From: Candidatus Micrarchaeia archaeon
Lineage (GTDB): Archaea > Micrarchaeota > Micrarchaeia > Anstonellales > Bilamarchaeaceae
Length of the DNA: 30,734 nt
Assembly: GCA_046538155.1 (NCBI GenBank)
Contig: JBKHJL010000010.1
Span: forward strand, 1-30,734
Direction: 5' to 3'
Shown here: piece by piece, positions 17,007 to 26,436 of the stretch
Layout: each line of letters opens with the position of its first letter
Numbering within the stretch: position 1 is the stretch's first letter
Position numbers and translations under genes: made by a program
Notes under the pieces: generated by a model
What the model was told of the DNA's origin: nothing
What the model saw: the letters and a program-made list of their open reading frames with translations, nothing else
Databases searched by the model: none

Positions 17007-17896
17007 TCCTGGTCAAGGAGTTCCTGCCCCACACCGTGTTGCTCAAGACTATTTTTCAATTTTCTGGCAGCACGTGCCAGGAAAGAGCGGGCCTTGTCCC
17101 TGCTTAGATTCAATTCACCTGCAATACCCGAAATTGTTTTCTGCGGGGTTCCATTAAGCCCGAACCTTGCTTCCAGCGCAGACCGCTCAGAATCAGTAAG
17201 GGAAGCCATTGCAGATGAAACGGCACTTTTCAGCGAGGAATGTTCAATTGAGGAAAGCGGATTTGGGTAGTGTTCGTTCTTCCGCCTCATTTGCTTTACA
17301 GGTATTTGACCAGGAGAATGGAGCCCATTCTCCCCCTGAGGCCTCTCACCGTAAAGCAGGGCGCTGCCATCTTTTGGAATCATTGAATTCTTGTGGGTTT
17401 CTGAATTCCATTCTGTTTCCCTGGCCTGGCTTAGAGGGAGTTCCATGTACTTAGCAAACTCTTCTACTCCTGCAACCGGATTGTACCTCTTCCATTTGCG
17501 GAAAGCAATAATCTTGTTTCTTTCATCCTCAGGAAAATGCACCATGGCATGTGCTCTCTCAAGAATTCGTTTGCAATTGGCCATATTCGCAACTGCAAAA
17601 GTGGAGAATTCGCCCTTGGGGGGAAACCATTTTTTTGCACTTTTAATAAGCGATATGATGCATTCCTGCTCAAGATCTTCACGCTCCACCCCTTTTATGA
17701 AATCCAGGTTGTGCCTGCGTATTCCGGAATAAATGAGGTTCTTGTTCCGGAGTGCAAATTGCCCTGGGTCCCTGCGCGCAAATGAAAAACGTTCAAGATC
17801 CTCTTTTTCTTTTGCAAAAACAAAGCGTTTTGGACACGGGCGGGCTTTTGCCCTGCCCTGCTCCGGGCTGGAGGGGATTTTTGAACGGAAAGCCAT
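17003..17896 (-). CDS. Degenerate sigma-70-family protein
   Basis: Region 2 NKNLI..EDLEQECIISLIKSAKKWFPPKGEFSTFA; region 3 EEFAKYMELP; region 4 LTDSERSALEARFGLNGTPQKTISGIAGELNLSRDKARSFLARAARKLK. Confidence 0.85.
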   Translation of the reverse strand: MAFRSKIPSSPEQGRAKARPCPKRFVFAKEKEDLERFSFARRDPGQFALRNKNLIYSGIRRHNLDFIKGVEREDLEQECIISLIKSAKKWFPPKGEFSTFAVANMANCKRILERAHAMVHFPEDERNKIIAFRKWKRYNPVAGVEEFAKYMELPLSQARETEWNSETHKNSMIPKDGSALLYGERPQGENGLHSPGQIPVKQMRRKNEHYPNPLSSIEHSSLKSAVSSAMASLTDSERSALEARFGLNGTPQKTISGIAGELNLSRDKARSFLARAARKLKNSLEQHGVGQELLDQD

Positions 17897-17920
17897 ACAA
17901 TGGAATATTAACTGCCAAAG

Positions 17921-17930
17921 GATTTAAATT
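17921..17930 (-). promoter_or_regulatory. Archaeal TATA box for the sigma-70-like gene
   Basis: TTTAAA at 17923-17928, 26 nt from the ATG; the same geometry is seen at other leaderless genes in the window. Confidence 0.55.
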
Positions 17931-17951
17931 ACAACAATCATCCCCATTAAA

Positions 17952-19343
17952 TCAGCCTGCAATCCAGCTCCTTTTCCTGAAATGGTAGATGAGGAAGGGA
18001 ACCACAACCACAACGGCCATGCCCAGGACAAGGAGACCGGTATAAAGCTCCGGGCTTACTGCATGTTCCTGGCTCGGGGGAAAGAATCCTATTGCTATTG
18101 CGGCAAGAGAAGTGAGGAAACCAATCCCTCCAAGAATCCATACTCCTGTTTTCCCGCCAGGGATTGAAAATGCATTTTTTCCTGCCTTGCTGCCTGCAAG
18201 AAAAATCCCGGCAAGAAACATGAGCATGTACATCACCAGGTAAATCTGAGTAGTCATTGCGGTAAGAAATGAAAATGAATCGCTGGGGTCCGGCATTGCA
18301 ATGAAAACCAGCCCCAGCACAGTAACAATTGCACCCTGGAGAAAAAGGATGTTTGTGGGCATATTGTGTTTGTTTACCTTCTGGAAAAACGGGGGGAGAG
18401 AGCCTTCCTTTGCAACCTTAAGCACACCCTGGCAGGGACCGGCAATCCAGGTATTTATCTGGGCAAGCGTGCCAAGAACTATCAGGAAACTTACTACCGG
18501 GACTGCCCAGTGAAAAGAATAATGACCTAGTATGGTTGAAAATGCCTCCATGACTCCGCCCACCAGACTAAGGCTTTTTTCCGGCACTACCGCAGCAATG
18601 GCAAGAGAGCCGAAAACAAAAAGGACTACTGAGATAATGGCGGCTATCATGATAGCCCGGGGGTAATCGCGGGAGGGGTTGCGTAGCCGTGTTATGTGGG
18701 CAGCAGACATCTCTATCCCTGCATAAAGCAGGACGCCGCCTATTGCAAGAGCAAGGCTGTTCATCCCCTGGAAATCAGGAATCGCTGCTTCAAAAGAAAC
18801 CTGGAACTGAATTGGATTGCCGCCCAGGACCCAGGCAAGCGCAAGAATTATCAAGAGGGCTCCGGGAAGGATTGTGCCGATTGCCACCCCATAGGTGCTT
18901 ACAGTGGAAGAAAGGCTCATTCCCCTGAAATTCAACAGGGTGACGCCCCAGTAAGCAACAAGTATTATGCCCACTATGAAGAAATCATTGTTTGCAAGCG
19001 CAGGGTTAAATGCAAATGCGATTGTTGCAGCAGTAAAACTTAGCACAGTAACATATAGGGCAACACTCTGCAGCCACTGCACCCATATTGCAAGAAGCCC
19101 CCATTTCGTCCCGAAGGCATTTGAAACCCATACATTCACTCCTCCGGTTGGGAAACGGCTTGCAAGAAATGCAGAAATGAGTGCTGCAGGGATGAAAAAC
19201 AGGACTGCTGCAATCCCATAAAAGAAAATGGCGGAAAATCCGAAAACAGCATTCTCAGTAAGCCCGCCCAGCCCAAAAAGGGCTGCAACAGTTATCAAAG
19301 CAAGGCTCATCACGCTGAGGTACTGCTTCTTCTGGGTACCCAT
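17952..19343 (-). CDS. APC-family amino acid permease (GadC-like)
   Basis: About 12 TM segments; FFIPAAL, GGVNVWVSNAFG, YAGIEMSA, NPSRDYPRAI, EGSLPPFF. Confidence 0.92.
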   Translation of the reverse strand: MGTQKKQYLSVMSLALITVAALFGLGGLTENAVFGFSAIFFYGIAAVLFFIPAALISAFLASRFPTGGVNVWVSNAFGTKWGLLAIWVQWLQSVALYVTVLSFTAATIAFAFNPALANNDFFIVGIILVAYWGVTLLNFRGMSLSSTVSTYGVAIGTILPGALLIILALAWVLGGNPIQFQVSFEAAIPDFQGMNSLALAIGGVLLYAGIEMSAAHITRLRNPSRDYPRAIMIAAIISVVLFVFGSLAIAAVVPEKSLSLVGGVMEAFSTILGHYSFHWAVPVVSFLIVLGTLAQINTWIAGPCQGVLKVAKEGSLPPFFQKVNKHNMPTNILFLQGAIVTVLGLVFIAMPDPSDSFSFLTAMTTQIYLVMYMLMFLAGIFLAGSKAGKNAFSIPGGKTGVWILGGIGFLTSLAAIAIGFFPPSQEHAVSPELYTGLLVLGMAVVVVVPFLIYHFRKRSWIAG

Positions 19344-19390
19344 AGGCCTCTATATAAGACAAGATTTAAAATTTATTGGAGAGCCAAAAA

Positions 19391-20152
19391 TCAAAAATAA
19401 TCCTGGCCATTGCTTGCAAAAAACATCTCTGCCTTTTTTGACTCAAGAACCCTGGTTGCCCATTTTAGCATAGTCTTTGAATGGAAAAATCCGTTCTCCA
19501 GATAATACTCCCTGAGGAACCAGAGCTTCGCTGCAGTTTCCCCTCTTATAGACTTATAAGAAGGAAGGCCAGAGAAATAAGCTGCAAAATTGCGCAGGGC
19601 AGACGTTGCAACCCTTTGCGAACCGCATGAGATGCGGGCGCAGAAAAGAATCGTGTCCACATCTTCAGAGCGTGAATAGACTGCACCGTTCAATTCATGG
19701 ACAGGGAGGTGGAGCCGGGGGCTGCTGTCCGGAACAAGAGGTAGTATAGGTGGCTTTTTTCCATAAACGACATTTGAGAAAACAAATGAAGAAATCATTT
19801 CGCTGTTGCGGCGGAGGCGGGTTGTACTCATGGCCTGGAGAATATTAACAAAACTGCTACTATAATTAAGGAAATCGCGCAGCTTAAGGTAATCTGAAAG
19901 TACGGAAAGTGAATCTTCGGGAATTTCCGGCTGGTGCCAGTGCCTTCTGAAAATCCTGGCCCTCTTCCTGCGGAAATCAAACTTCAACAAGATTTTGTAA
20001 CTTTTTCTTCCCCTGAAAACATCGTTCAACTTTTGCGGTGACACACCAATTCTGGATGCGGCTTTGGAAAGAGGAATCCTCCTGGTTGGGCGGAACCTGT
20101 CGTGGTTCATCCTGGGAATTCCCCGGGTTGGTGTGGGCTTTCTCTTATTCAT
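19391..20152 (-). CDS. Orphan basic protein, paralogue of 29789-30613
   Basis: TATA at 20176-20183; collinear motifs shared with the last ORF in the window. Confidence 0.75.
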   Translation of the reverse strand: MNKRKPTPTRGIPRMNHDRFRPTRRIPLSKAASRIGVSPQKLNDVFRGRKSYKILLKFDFRRKRARIFRRHWHQPEIPEDSLSVLSDYLKLRDFLNYSSSFVNILQAMSTTRLRRNSEMISSFVFSNVVYGKKPPILPLVPDSSPRLHLPVHELNGAVYSRSEDVDTILFCARISCGSQRVATSALRNFAAYFSGLPSYKSIRGETAAKLWFLREYYLENGFFHSKTMLKWATRVLESKKAEMFFASNGQDYF

Positions 20153-20213
20153 GTGTATATTAGTGGGGAGAGATGTTTAAAAAGAATATGGTTAAAAGAA
20201 AAAAAAGGAAAGC

Positions 20214-20618
20214 TCAGCGAATTGTAAGTCCTTTCTTTTTTGATTCCGCACCTTCCTTTTTTGGAAGGGAAATCGTAAGGATGCCATCCGAGTATTCTGC
20301 ATCTGCGCCTTCCAGGTTTACCGGATCGGGAAGAGCTACCCGCCTCTTGAAAGAAGAATACTGCCTTTCGCAGCGGTAATAGTCCTTTTCCTTCTCCTCC
20401 TCAACATCCTTCCGTTCTGCACTGAGAGTGAGAGCGCCTTCCTCCAGGTCAACCTGTATATCCTCCTTCTTCATTCCAGGAAGCTCGGCAGTCACCACCA
20501 GCTTGTCCCCCTTGTCTTCAACATTTACAAGGGGTGTGCGTGCAGATTCAAAACCAGTTTCCGGAAAAGTCCACATCTCATCAAAAAATTCCCGCATTTT
20601 GGATCTTGGCCAAAACAC
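20214..20618 (-). CDS. Hsp20/alpha-crystallin small heat-shock protein
   Basis: AELPGMKKEDI, ERQYSSFKRRVALP, AEYSDGILTISLPK; the GAGGTGA RBS points to the GTG at 20618. Confidence 0.95.
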   Translation of the reverse strand: MFWPRSKMREFFDEMWTFPETGFESARTPLVNVEDKGDKLVVTAELPGMKKEDIQVDLEEGALTLSAERKDVEEEKEKDYYRCERQYSSFKRRVALPDPVNLEGADAEYSDGILTISLPKKEGAESKKKGLTIR

Positions 20619-20669
20619 AGATATCACCTCAAAAAGAATTATAATGAAAAGATTATAAAACTTTACAAC

Positions 20670-22394
20670 TCAGGGGAGGTTGGAGAGCTTTTTCTTCAGT
20701 TTGGAATAGGGGAAGGCATTTATGGCGTCGCTTTTCTCAAGCCAGCCCCTGCGAGCCTGCCAGACACCATAATTCATGTAGTCAAGGTGGCCGGGAGCAT
20801 GGGAATCCGTATTTATGCTGAAGAGGCAGCCGTGCTTCCGCGCATTGAAAATATGGGCGTCGCTCAGGTCAAGACGGAGGGGCTGGCAGTTTATTTCCAG
20901 GATTTTCCCATTGTCTGCAGCATATTTGAAAACCTTTTCAAAATCAATTGAACTCTCCTCCCGCTCCCCAAGCTTGCGGCCCGAAGGATGGCCCAGGATG
21001 TCCAGATGCTCATTCTCCAGAGCAGTGCAAATCCTTTCTGTCATCTCCTTCCTGGACATGCCCAGGGAAGAATGCACTGCGCACACCCGCACGTCCAGCT
21101 TCTTAAGAATCTTGTCGGGGTAATCCAGAGAGCCGTCCTTGTGGATGTTTATCTCCGCTCCTTTGAGCACCTTCACCCTATGCTTCTCCGCAAGCTCGTC
21201 TATCTCCCTCCACTGCTTTTTGAGGCGCTCTGGGGAGAGCCCGTGTGCAACCCGCTCAGAAGGGGAATGGTCTGTAATTGCAATATAAGAATATCCTTTT
21301 TCCTCCGCCGCACCAAACATCTCCTCAAGGGAAGCAACCCCATCGCTGTAGTTTGTGTGGATGTGGAGGTCCCCCTTCATATCTTCAATCTTAAGCAAAT
21401 CAGGGAGATTTCCTTTTCTGGAGGCCTCCAGCTCCCCCCTTGAAGTCCTGAGTTCAGGCGGGATATATGAAAATCCGAGTTTCTTATAGATGACTTCCTC
21501 GGATTTAAGGGAAAAATTCTTTTCTCCGTCTTTCTTGAAAAGCCCATACTCGGAAAGCTTGTAGTTTTTCTTGAGTGCAACCTTGCGAAGGGCAATGTTG
21601 TGCTGCTTGTTTCCGGTAAAATAGAGGAGGGCTGCAGCATAACTCTTTTCAGGGACAATGCGGAAATCAACCTGGACCTCATTGTTTATTAGCACGCTGC
21701 TCTTGGTTTTTCCTGAAGAGAGGATACGGGAAACAGAGTCCATGGAAGTGAATGTTTTCATGGTTTTTTCCGGTGAAGAAGATATTGCAAGAATATCTAT
21801 ATCCCCTATCGTTTCCTTCCTCCTGCGGACGGAACCTGCATAAGCAATCCGCTCCACTTCCTTTTCCCGGCTGAGCAGGTCCACAAGCTCTTCCGCAATG
21901 GGGAGAGCCCGGTCAAGGAGCATCCTTTCATGCCCGCGCCTGTAAACCGCGATGGATTTCAGGAGAGAAGCTTCGGTCTTTTTTCCAAAGCCTTCCAGCT
22001 CCCGGAGTTTTTCCTCCTTTATTGCCTTCTCCAACTCCTCTATGGAACTTATGCCCAGCTCCTCCGAAAGCTTTTCCACGGTGCGGGGGCCAATTCCCTG
22101 CACATTAAGCAAATCAGTTGAGCCGGGCGGAACTTCCTCAAAAAGCTCCTCCCATTTTTTTACTTTTCCTTTTTTTAGGTACTCTGTTATGTGGGATGCG
22201 ATTCCGCTTCCAACCCCTGGAATCTCCTCCAGCCCTTCCTTTCCATGCTCCCCATAATACTCTTCAAGTGAAACACCCAATCCGGAAATTCCGCGGGCGG
22301 CGCGGCGGTAGGCACGGGGTTTCCACTGAACCTCCTTGACCTCATAGGCATCTGCCGCCCTGCGTAGAAGGCGGACAAACTCTTCATTTGCCAT
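20670..22394 (-). CDS. polX: DNA polymerase X with PHP domain
   Basis: HhH motifs, GSVRR, GDIDIL, YFTG, LSEYGL; PHP motifs DLHIHT..SDG, TDHS, TDSH. Confidence 0.96.
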   Translation of the reverse strand: MANEEFVRLLRRAADAYEVKEVQWKPRAYRRAARGISGLGVSLEEYYGEHGKEGLEEIPGVGSGIASHITEYLKKGKVKKWEELFEEVPPGSTDLLNVQGIGPRTVEKLSEELGISSIEELEKAIKEEKLRELEGFGKKTEASLLKSIAVYRRGHERMLLDRALPIAEELVDLLSREKEVERIAYAGSVRRRKETIGDIDILAISSSPEKTMKTFTSMDSVSRILSSGKTKSSVLINNEVQVDFRIVPEKSYAAALLYFTGNKQHNIALRKVALKKNYKLSEYGLFKKDGEKNFSLKSEEVIYKKLGFSYIPPELRTSRGELEASRKGNLPDLLKIEDMKGDLHIHTNYSDGVASLEEMFGAAEEKGYSYIAITDHSPSERVAHGLSPERLKKQWREIDELAEKHRVKVLKGAEINIHKDGSLDYPDKILKKLDVRVCAVHSSLGMSRKEMTERICTALENEHLDILGHPSGRKLGEREESSIDFEKVFKYAADNGKILEINCQPLRLDLSDAHIFNARKHGCLFSINTDSHAPGHLDYMNYGVWQARRGWLEKSDAINAFPYSKLKKKLSNLP

Positions 22395-24105
22395 TTTTTA
22401 TCCTCTTTATCTCCTTTATTGTAGTTGCATCCTCCGGGCCCTTGTCCCTGCGCACCCTTTGGAAGCGGGGAAAGCGGAGAGCGAGGCCCTTTCCTTTTTC
22501 CCTAGAAGCCGTATGGGAAGGGCTCCGGGTTATTTCTGCCCCGAAAACCTCAACCACCAGCGCAGGCTCATAATAAACATCCGGCTCCATCTCCTTCTTA
22601 ATCACCACATTCTCGGGCTTTTTCCGGGCAGTGTGCTTCTTAAGGAGTTTCTGGAGAGAAGAAAATTCCTCATCCGTGAACCCTGTTCCAACCTTGGTAA
22701 ACGTTTCAAAGCGGTCCTTTTCTGGATTAACGGCTGCGCAGAGCAGGGCTCCAAAATGGCCTGCCCTGCTCCCCCTTCCATGGTAGCTTCCGACTACTGC
22801 AAGGTCAAAGGTTTCCCGCATTCCTTCAGAATATTCCTTCTTCCACTTTATCCAAAGCCAGCCGCGGTTGCCTGGCTGGTAAACAGAATCCTTTGCCGTT
22901 GATTTCACAATTATGCCTTCAAGGCCCTTGTCCACGGATCTCTGGAAAAAATTCCGGATTTCCTCAAAATCAGAAGAAACCTTTCTTTTTGATAGGTGGA
23001 CCATTCCGGATTTTTTAACTGATTTTTCAAGCTCTTTTCTGCGTGAGGGATAGGACTTCTTGAGCAGGGAGTTGCCGTTCAGGTAAATTATATCAAAAAG
23101 AAAAATCGCGGCAGGGACCTTTTCCCTGTACTCAGACACACCATATTTGCGCCTGCGGTGCATGAGCTTCTGGAACGAAAGGAACTCGCCTTCCCCATAT
23201 CCCACAATCTCCCCGTCCAAAACAGCTTTTTTTCGCTTTATGGATTTTTTAAGGGCTTCTGCAATATCCGGGAACTGCGGAGTAATATCATTAAGGCGGC
23301 GGGAAAACAGGGTTATGCTGTTTCCGTCCTTGTGCACCTGCACCCTTTCCCCGTCATATTTCTCTTCCGCTGCAAGCTTATCCGACTGCATTTTCTCCAG
23401 GATATCCGAAACCTTGTCCACTCGCTGGGCAAGCATTGCGCGCACCGGTCTTCCCAGAGTTATGCTGAACCGCTTTGCTGAGGAAAGCCCGTGCTTTGCA
23501 AGAGATCCCCCAAGGAGCCCAATGTCCGTGCACTTATTGTAGCCATCTTCCACTTCAGGCTTGTGGGAACTTCCGCCGGCAAATGCTTCAGCAAATGCAT
23601 CAAGGAGCATCTGGTCCCCGATTCCTATACGGAGGTTGCCGAGAACTATGCGCACTATGAACCTGGACTCGTTGGATGGGGCAGCCTGGAGGAGAGATGA
23701 AAACAGTTCCAGCTTTTTTTTCTGGCTGTCCTCTCCGGACACATCCTTTATTTTGATGAGCTCTGAGCGCACGCCTGCAATTGTAAGCGAACCCCTTTTT
23801 CTTTTGCTGAAGAAAGCGGCAGCGTCGCCCAGGTCCCCTTTTTTTCCAAGCAGCTTGTTTACCCTTTTCCTGTCTGCCCCATAAGCATCTGCAACCGCGC
23901 GCACCGCCATCTTTTCCGCAATCCCCAAATCAGTGTCCTCATAACTTGCCCCTATTGAGCCCAGAGTCAGATAAGCTGCAGCTCTTACATCTTCGGGGGA
24001 GAGTGAGGCAAAAAATTCTGCGAGCTTTTTGCGCTTGGAATTGTAAGAAGAAGTATCCTCAAGACGGGAATAAAGCGAAGCGAGCTTTGAGAATCTTCTG
24101 CTCAT
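22384..24105 (-). CDS. lig: ATP-dependent DNA ligase
   Basis: EEKYDGERVQVH, LDGE, FDII, EGIIVK, WIKWK, ALRFPRF; N-terminal DNA-binding domain. Confidence 0.97.
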   Translation of the reverse strand: MSRRFSKLASLYSRLEDTSSYNSKRKKLAEFFASLSPEDVRAAAYLTLGSIGASYEDTDLGIAEKMAVRAVADAYGADRKRVNKLLGKKGDLGDAAAFFSKRKRGSLTIAGVRSELIKIKDVSGEDSQKKKLELFSSLLQAAPSNESRFIVRIVLGNLRIGIGDQMLLDAFAEAFAGGSSHKPEVEDGYNKCTDIGLLGGSLAKHGLSSAKRFSITLGRPVRAMLAQRVDKVSDILEKMQSDKLAAEEKYDGERVQVHKDGNSITLFSRRLNDITPQFPDIAEALKKSIKRKKAVLDGEIVGYGEGEFLSFQKLMHRRRKYGVSEYREKVPAAIFLFDIIYLNGNSLLKKSYPSRRKELEKSVKKSGMVHLSKRKVSSDFEEIRNFFQRSVDKGLEGIIVKSTAKDSVYQPGNRGWLWIKWKKEYSEGMRETFDLAVVGSYHGRGSRAGHFGALLCAAVNPEKDRFETFTKVGTGFTDEEFSSLQKLLKKHTARKKPENVVIKKEMEPDVYYEPALVVEVFGAEITRSPSHTASREKGKGLALRFPRFQRVRRDKGPEDATTIKEIKRIKNGK

Positions 24106-24183
24106 GGAAGGGTAAGTGCAATATAATATTTATTGTTTGGGGTTTTGGAAAAGAGATTTATTTATTGCAGTAGTATGCTGGGC

Positions 24184-24489
24184 ATGGTGATAATTTCAGA
24201 ATTCAGGAAATTTCTGCGGGAATATAAAATACTCGGGCTGGCAGTGGCCTTCATCATGGGAATTGCCGCAAACGATTTAGTGAAATCCTTAGTAGACAAC
24301 ATCATCATGCCTCTTGCATCCCCACTGCTTCCGGGAGGGAACTGGGAAACTGCAAAATGGATAATCGGACCGTTTGAACTGGGGGTTGGGCCCTTCATTG
24401 CAGCAGTTATCCAGTTTTGCATAATTGCATTTGTAGTATTTGCCATAGTCTCCAACTTCAGGAGTATAGAAAAAAGAAAAGTGGGATAA
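24184..24489 (+). CDS. mscL: MscL-family mechanosensitive channel
   Basis: EFRKFL..LAVAFIMG..LVKSLVDNIIMP..GPFIAAVIQFCIIAFVVF; start may instead be 24175. Confidence 0.9.
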   Translation: MVIISEFRKFLREYKILGLAVAFIMGIAANDLVKSLVDNIIMPLASPLLPGGNWETAKWIIGPFELGVGPFIAAVIQFCIIAFVVFAIVSNFRSIEKRKVG

Positions 24490-24493
24490 TCAA

Positions 24494-24589
24494 ATGCTTG
24501 AAGAAGCTGCATTTGCCGCAGGGAAATTCTGGAGGGCTGATGAATGCCATCAGAAACACGGAAGATGGCATAGGAGGACTTTTGGCTAA
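24494..24589 (+). pseudogene. Internally deleted remnant of methionine sulfoxide reductase A
   Basis: MLEEAAFAAGKFWRADECHQKH resembles the MsrA N-terminal A-x-FAAGCFW motif joined to the C-terminal FW/Y-x-AEEYHQ motif. Confidence 0.6.
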
Positions 24590-24972
24590 CCGTCCTTTTC
24601 CTTTTTTGAAAGTGAATTAAGGAGGGGGAGAGAAAGCAGGCCAAATGGAAGGGAAAACATTATTGCAAACCCAAGCAAGGGGCGCACCGCGATTTCCAGG
24701 GGCTTTATTGAAAGGAAGGAAACGGCCATGGCCAGGGAGATCAGGAAAAGCAGGATCAGGGTAAATCCCCCAGTGGGAATTGCTGCATAAACCCCCCCAA
24801 CCTCGTAAATCGGAAAAGTTATCAGGAAGCCCAGTGCAGCAGTAAAAACCAGGTTCAGGAATGCGCAGAATTCTACCCCGCCTATCCTGCAGGCAAGCGC
24901 GTTCATCTTTTTTCCGAGGAAACTCCGGCTGGCCCTGCGCACCTGCTTCCTGAAAACCCTATCAAGATCCAA
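24586..24972 (-). CDS. Hypothetical membrane protein (about 3 TM)
   Basis: Hydrophobic segments; TTG start with AGGTG upstream. Confidence 0.65.
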   Translation of the reverse strand: MDLDRVFRKQVRRASRSFLGKKMNALACRIGGVEFCAFLNLVFTAALGFLITFPIYEVGGVYAAIPTGGFTLILLFLISLAMAVSFLSIKPLEIAVRPLLGFAIMFSLPFGLLSLPLLNSLSKKEKDG

Positions 24973-25019
24973 GAATACACCTGGACCGGAATCAGGGAGG
25001 AAAAATAAAAGGGTTTGTG

Positions 25020-25538
25020 TCAGAATTCAAGACTCCTGAAATAACGAACAGTTTCTGCCATCTCCTGCCTTGCTTTCTTGATGGGCTCATCCTCTATTGC
25101 TGCATTCAGGCAGACTATGCAACCGGGGTCGCCAACAGCCCTTAATGCGCGGGCAGCCTCCACCCTTTCGGCAGAAGTGCCATGCAAAATCACTTCTTCA
25201 AGTGCAGGCACCACATAGCTGCAGTCCTCCTGTGTTTTTGCAAGCATCCTTATTGCCATGAGCATCCTTTTGCGCACATGAATGTTCTTTTCAGAAAGAA
25301 GAGAGGTTGAAATCTTCTTCAGCGCTTCAGAAGTGTTTCCGAGACTTATTGCGGATTCGTGCAGCGCATCAACAGACCTGAACCTTTTTTTGGGGCTGCG
25401 TGAGGAGAGCCCCCGCATTCCCCTTACAAAAATCTGGGTTGCCTTCTTCCGGCGGAGAATCGGGTGGCCGCCCATTTCCGGTATGTCCCTGCGTAAAACC
25501 GGGCGGGAATGTTTCATGCGAAAAGGGTCTCTTTTCAT
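25020..25538 (-). CDS. HEAT-repeat protein
   Basis: VPALEEVI..ERVEAARALRAVGDP, EKNIHVRKRMLMAI; basic N-terminus; TATA near 25560. Confidence 0.75.
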   Translation of the reverse strand: MKRDPFRMKHSRPVLRRDIPEMGGHPILRRKKATQIFVRGMRGLSSRSPKKRFRSVDALHESAISLGNTSEALKKISTSLLSEKNIHVRKRMLMAIRMLAKTQEDCSYVVPALEEVILHGTSAERVEAARALRAVGDPGCIVCLNAAIEDEPIKKARQEMAETVRYFRSLEF

Positions 25539-25576
25539 AACATATTAATTCAATAAATATATAAAAAGGTGCAGAA

Positions 25577-26410
25577 TCAGGAGCGGGCGTACTCTGCCTC
25601 CTTCACAATCCTTTTTGTAGTGGAAAGCGAAAGCCCGGTGCTCTCAGAAAGCTCTTTCGGGTCTTTTGGCAGATCAAGCACAGAAACAAATCCCAGGTTA
25701 AGGAAGGTGGAAAGAGTTTTCCTGTTCATCCTGATTACGCTTACAGGATAGCATTTTGTACGGTCTATCAATACTTCCAGGCTATTCTTAAGAGGATAGC
25801 GCCAACCCAGAAGGCGCATCCCCATGCAATTTGCATATTTTATTACCTCTGTGGAGAATTTTGCATTGGTAACCAGCATGGGTTTTGTGAAGGGGCGTTT
25901 TGAATGAATCTTTGCGCCGTCCCTAAGGTCAAGAAAGCGGGCATAAATGTAAAGCGCGGTTTTTGAGCGGCACTTGTCCCCGGGCCTGTTGCGGAACTTG
26001 CACTCTACCATTATCTTTTCCTTCGCCTTGCGCGCAATCACATCAACCTCATGGGTTATGCACTTTCCTACCGGAAGCTGCCGCACTTCTATATTATAAC
26101 CAAGGGACTGCATCAGGCGGGCAGTAAAATCCTCAAAATCATACCCTGCCGGACCAAGCTGCAGCAGGGCCCGTTTAAGATTGTACTTATGGCTTTTCTC
26201 AGGCCGCATATCCCGGATTATTGCATATAGTTTGGAATATATGCTGCGGGTAGTGATTCCGTCTTTAAGCTGGGGATAAAGACGCTTCAGGGCAGTCCTG
26301 GATTCAGAAGGGCTCAGCCCGCTTCTCCTGAGCGCATGGTGCACCTTGGAAGGCTTGAACTTCTCCCTTTCTCCATTTTCCTTTACAACAATTATATCCG
26401 GGACCTTCAT
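25577..26410 (-). CDS. ATP-cone plus Mrr-like restriction endonuclease domain protein
   Basis: VVKENGEREKFKPSK (ATP cone); GYDFE, HEVDVIA, MVECK, LVTNAKFS. Confidence 0.88.
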   Translation of the reverse strand: MKVPDIIVVKENGEREKFKPSKVHHALRRSGLSPSESRTALKRLYPQLKDGITTRSIYSKLYAIIRDMRPEKSHKYNLKRALLQLGPAGYDFEDFTARLMQSLGYNIEVRQLPVGKCITHEVDVIARKAKEKIMVECKFRNRPGDKCRSKTALYIYARFLDLRDGAKIHSKRPFTKPMLVTNAKFSTEVIKYANCMGMRLLGWRYPLKNSLEVLIDRTKCYPVSVIRMNRKTLSTFLNLGFVSVLDLPKDPKELSESTGLSLSTTKRIVKEAEYARS

Positions 26411-26436
26411 TGGTCATAACTGATTAGACAAAGGTT

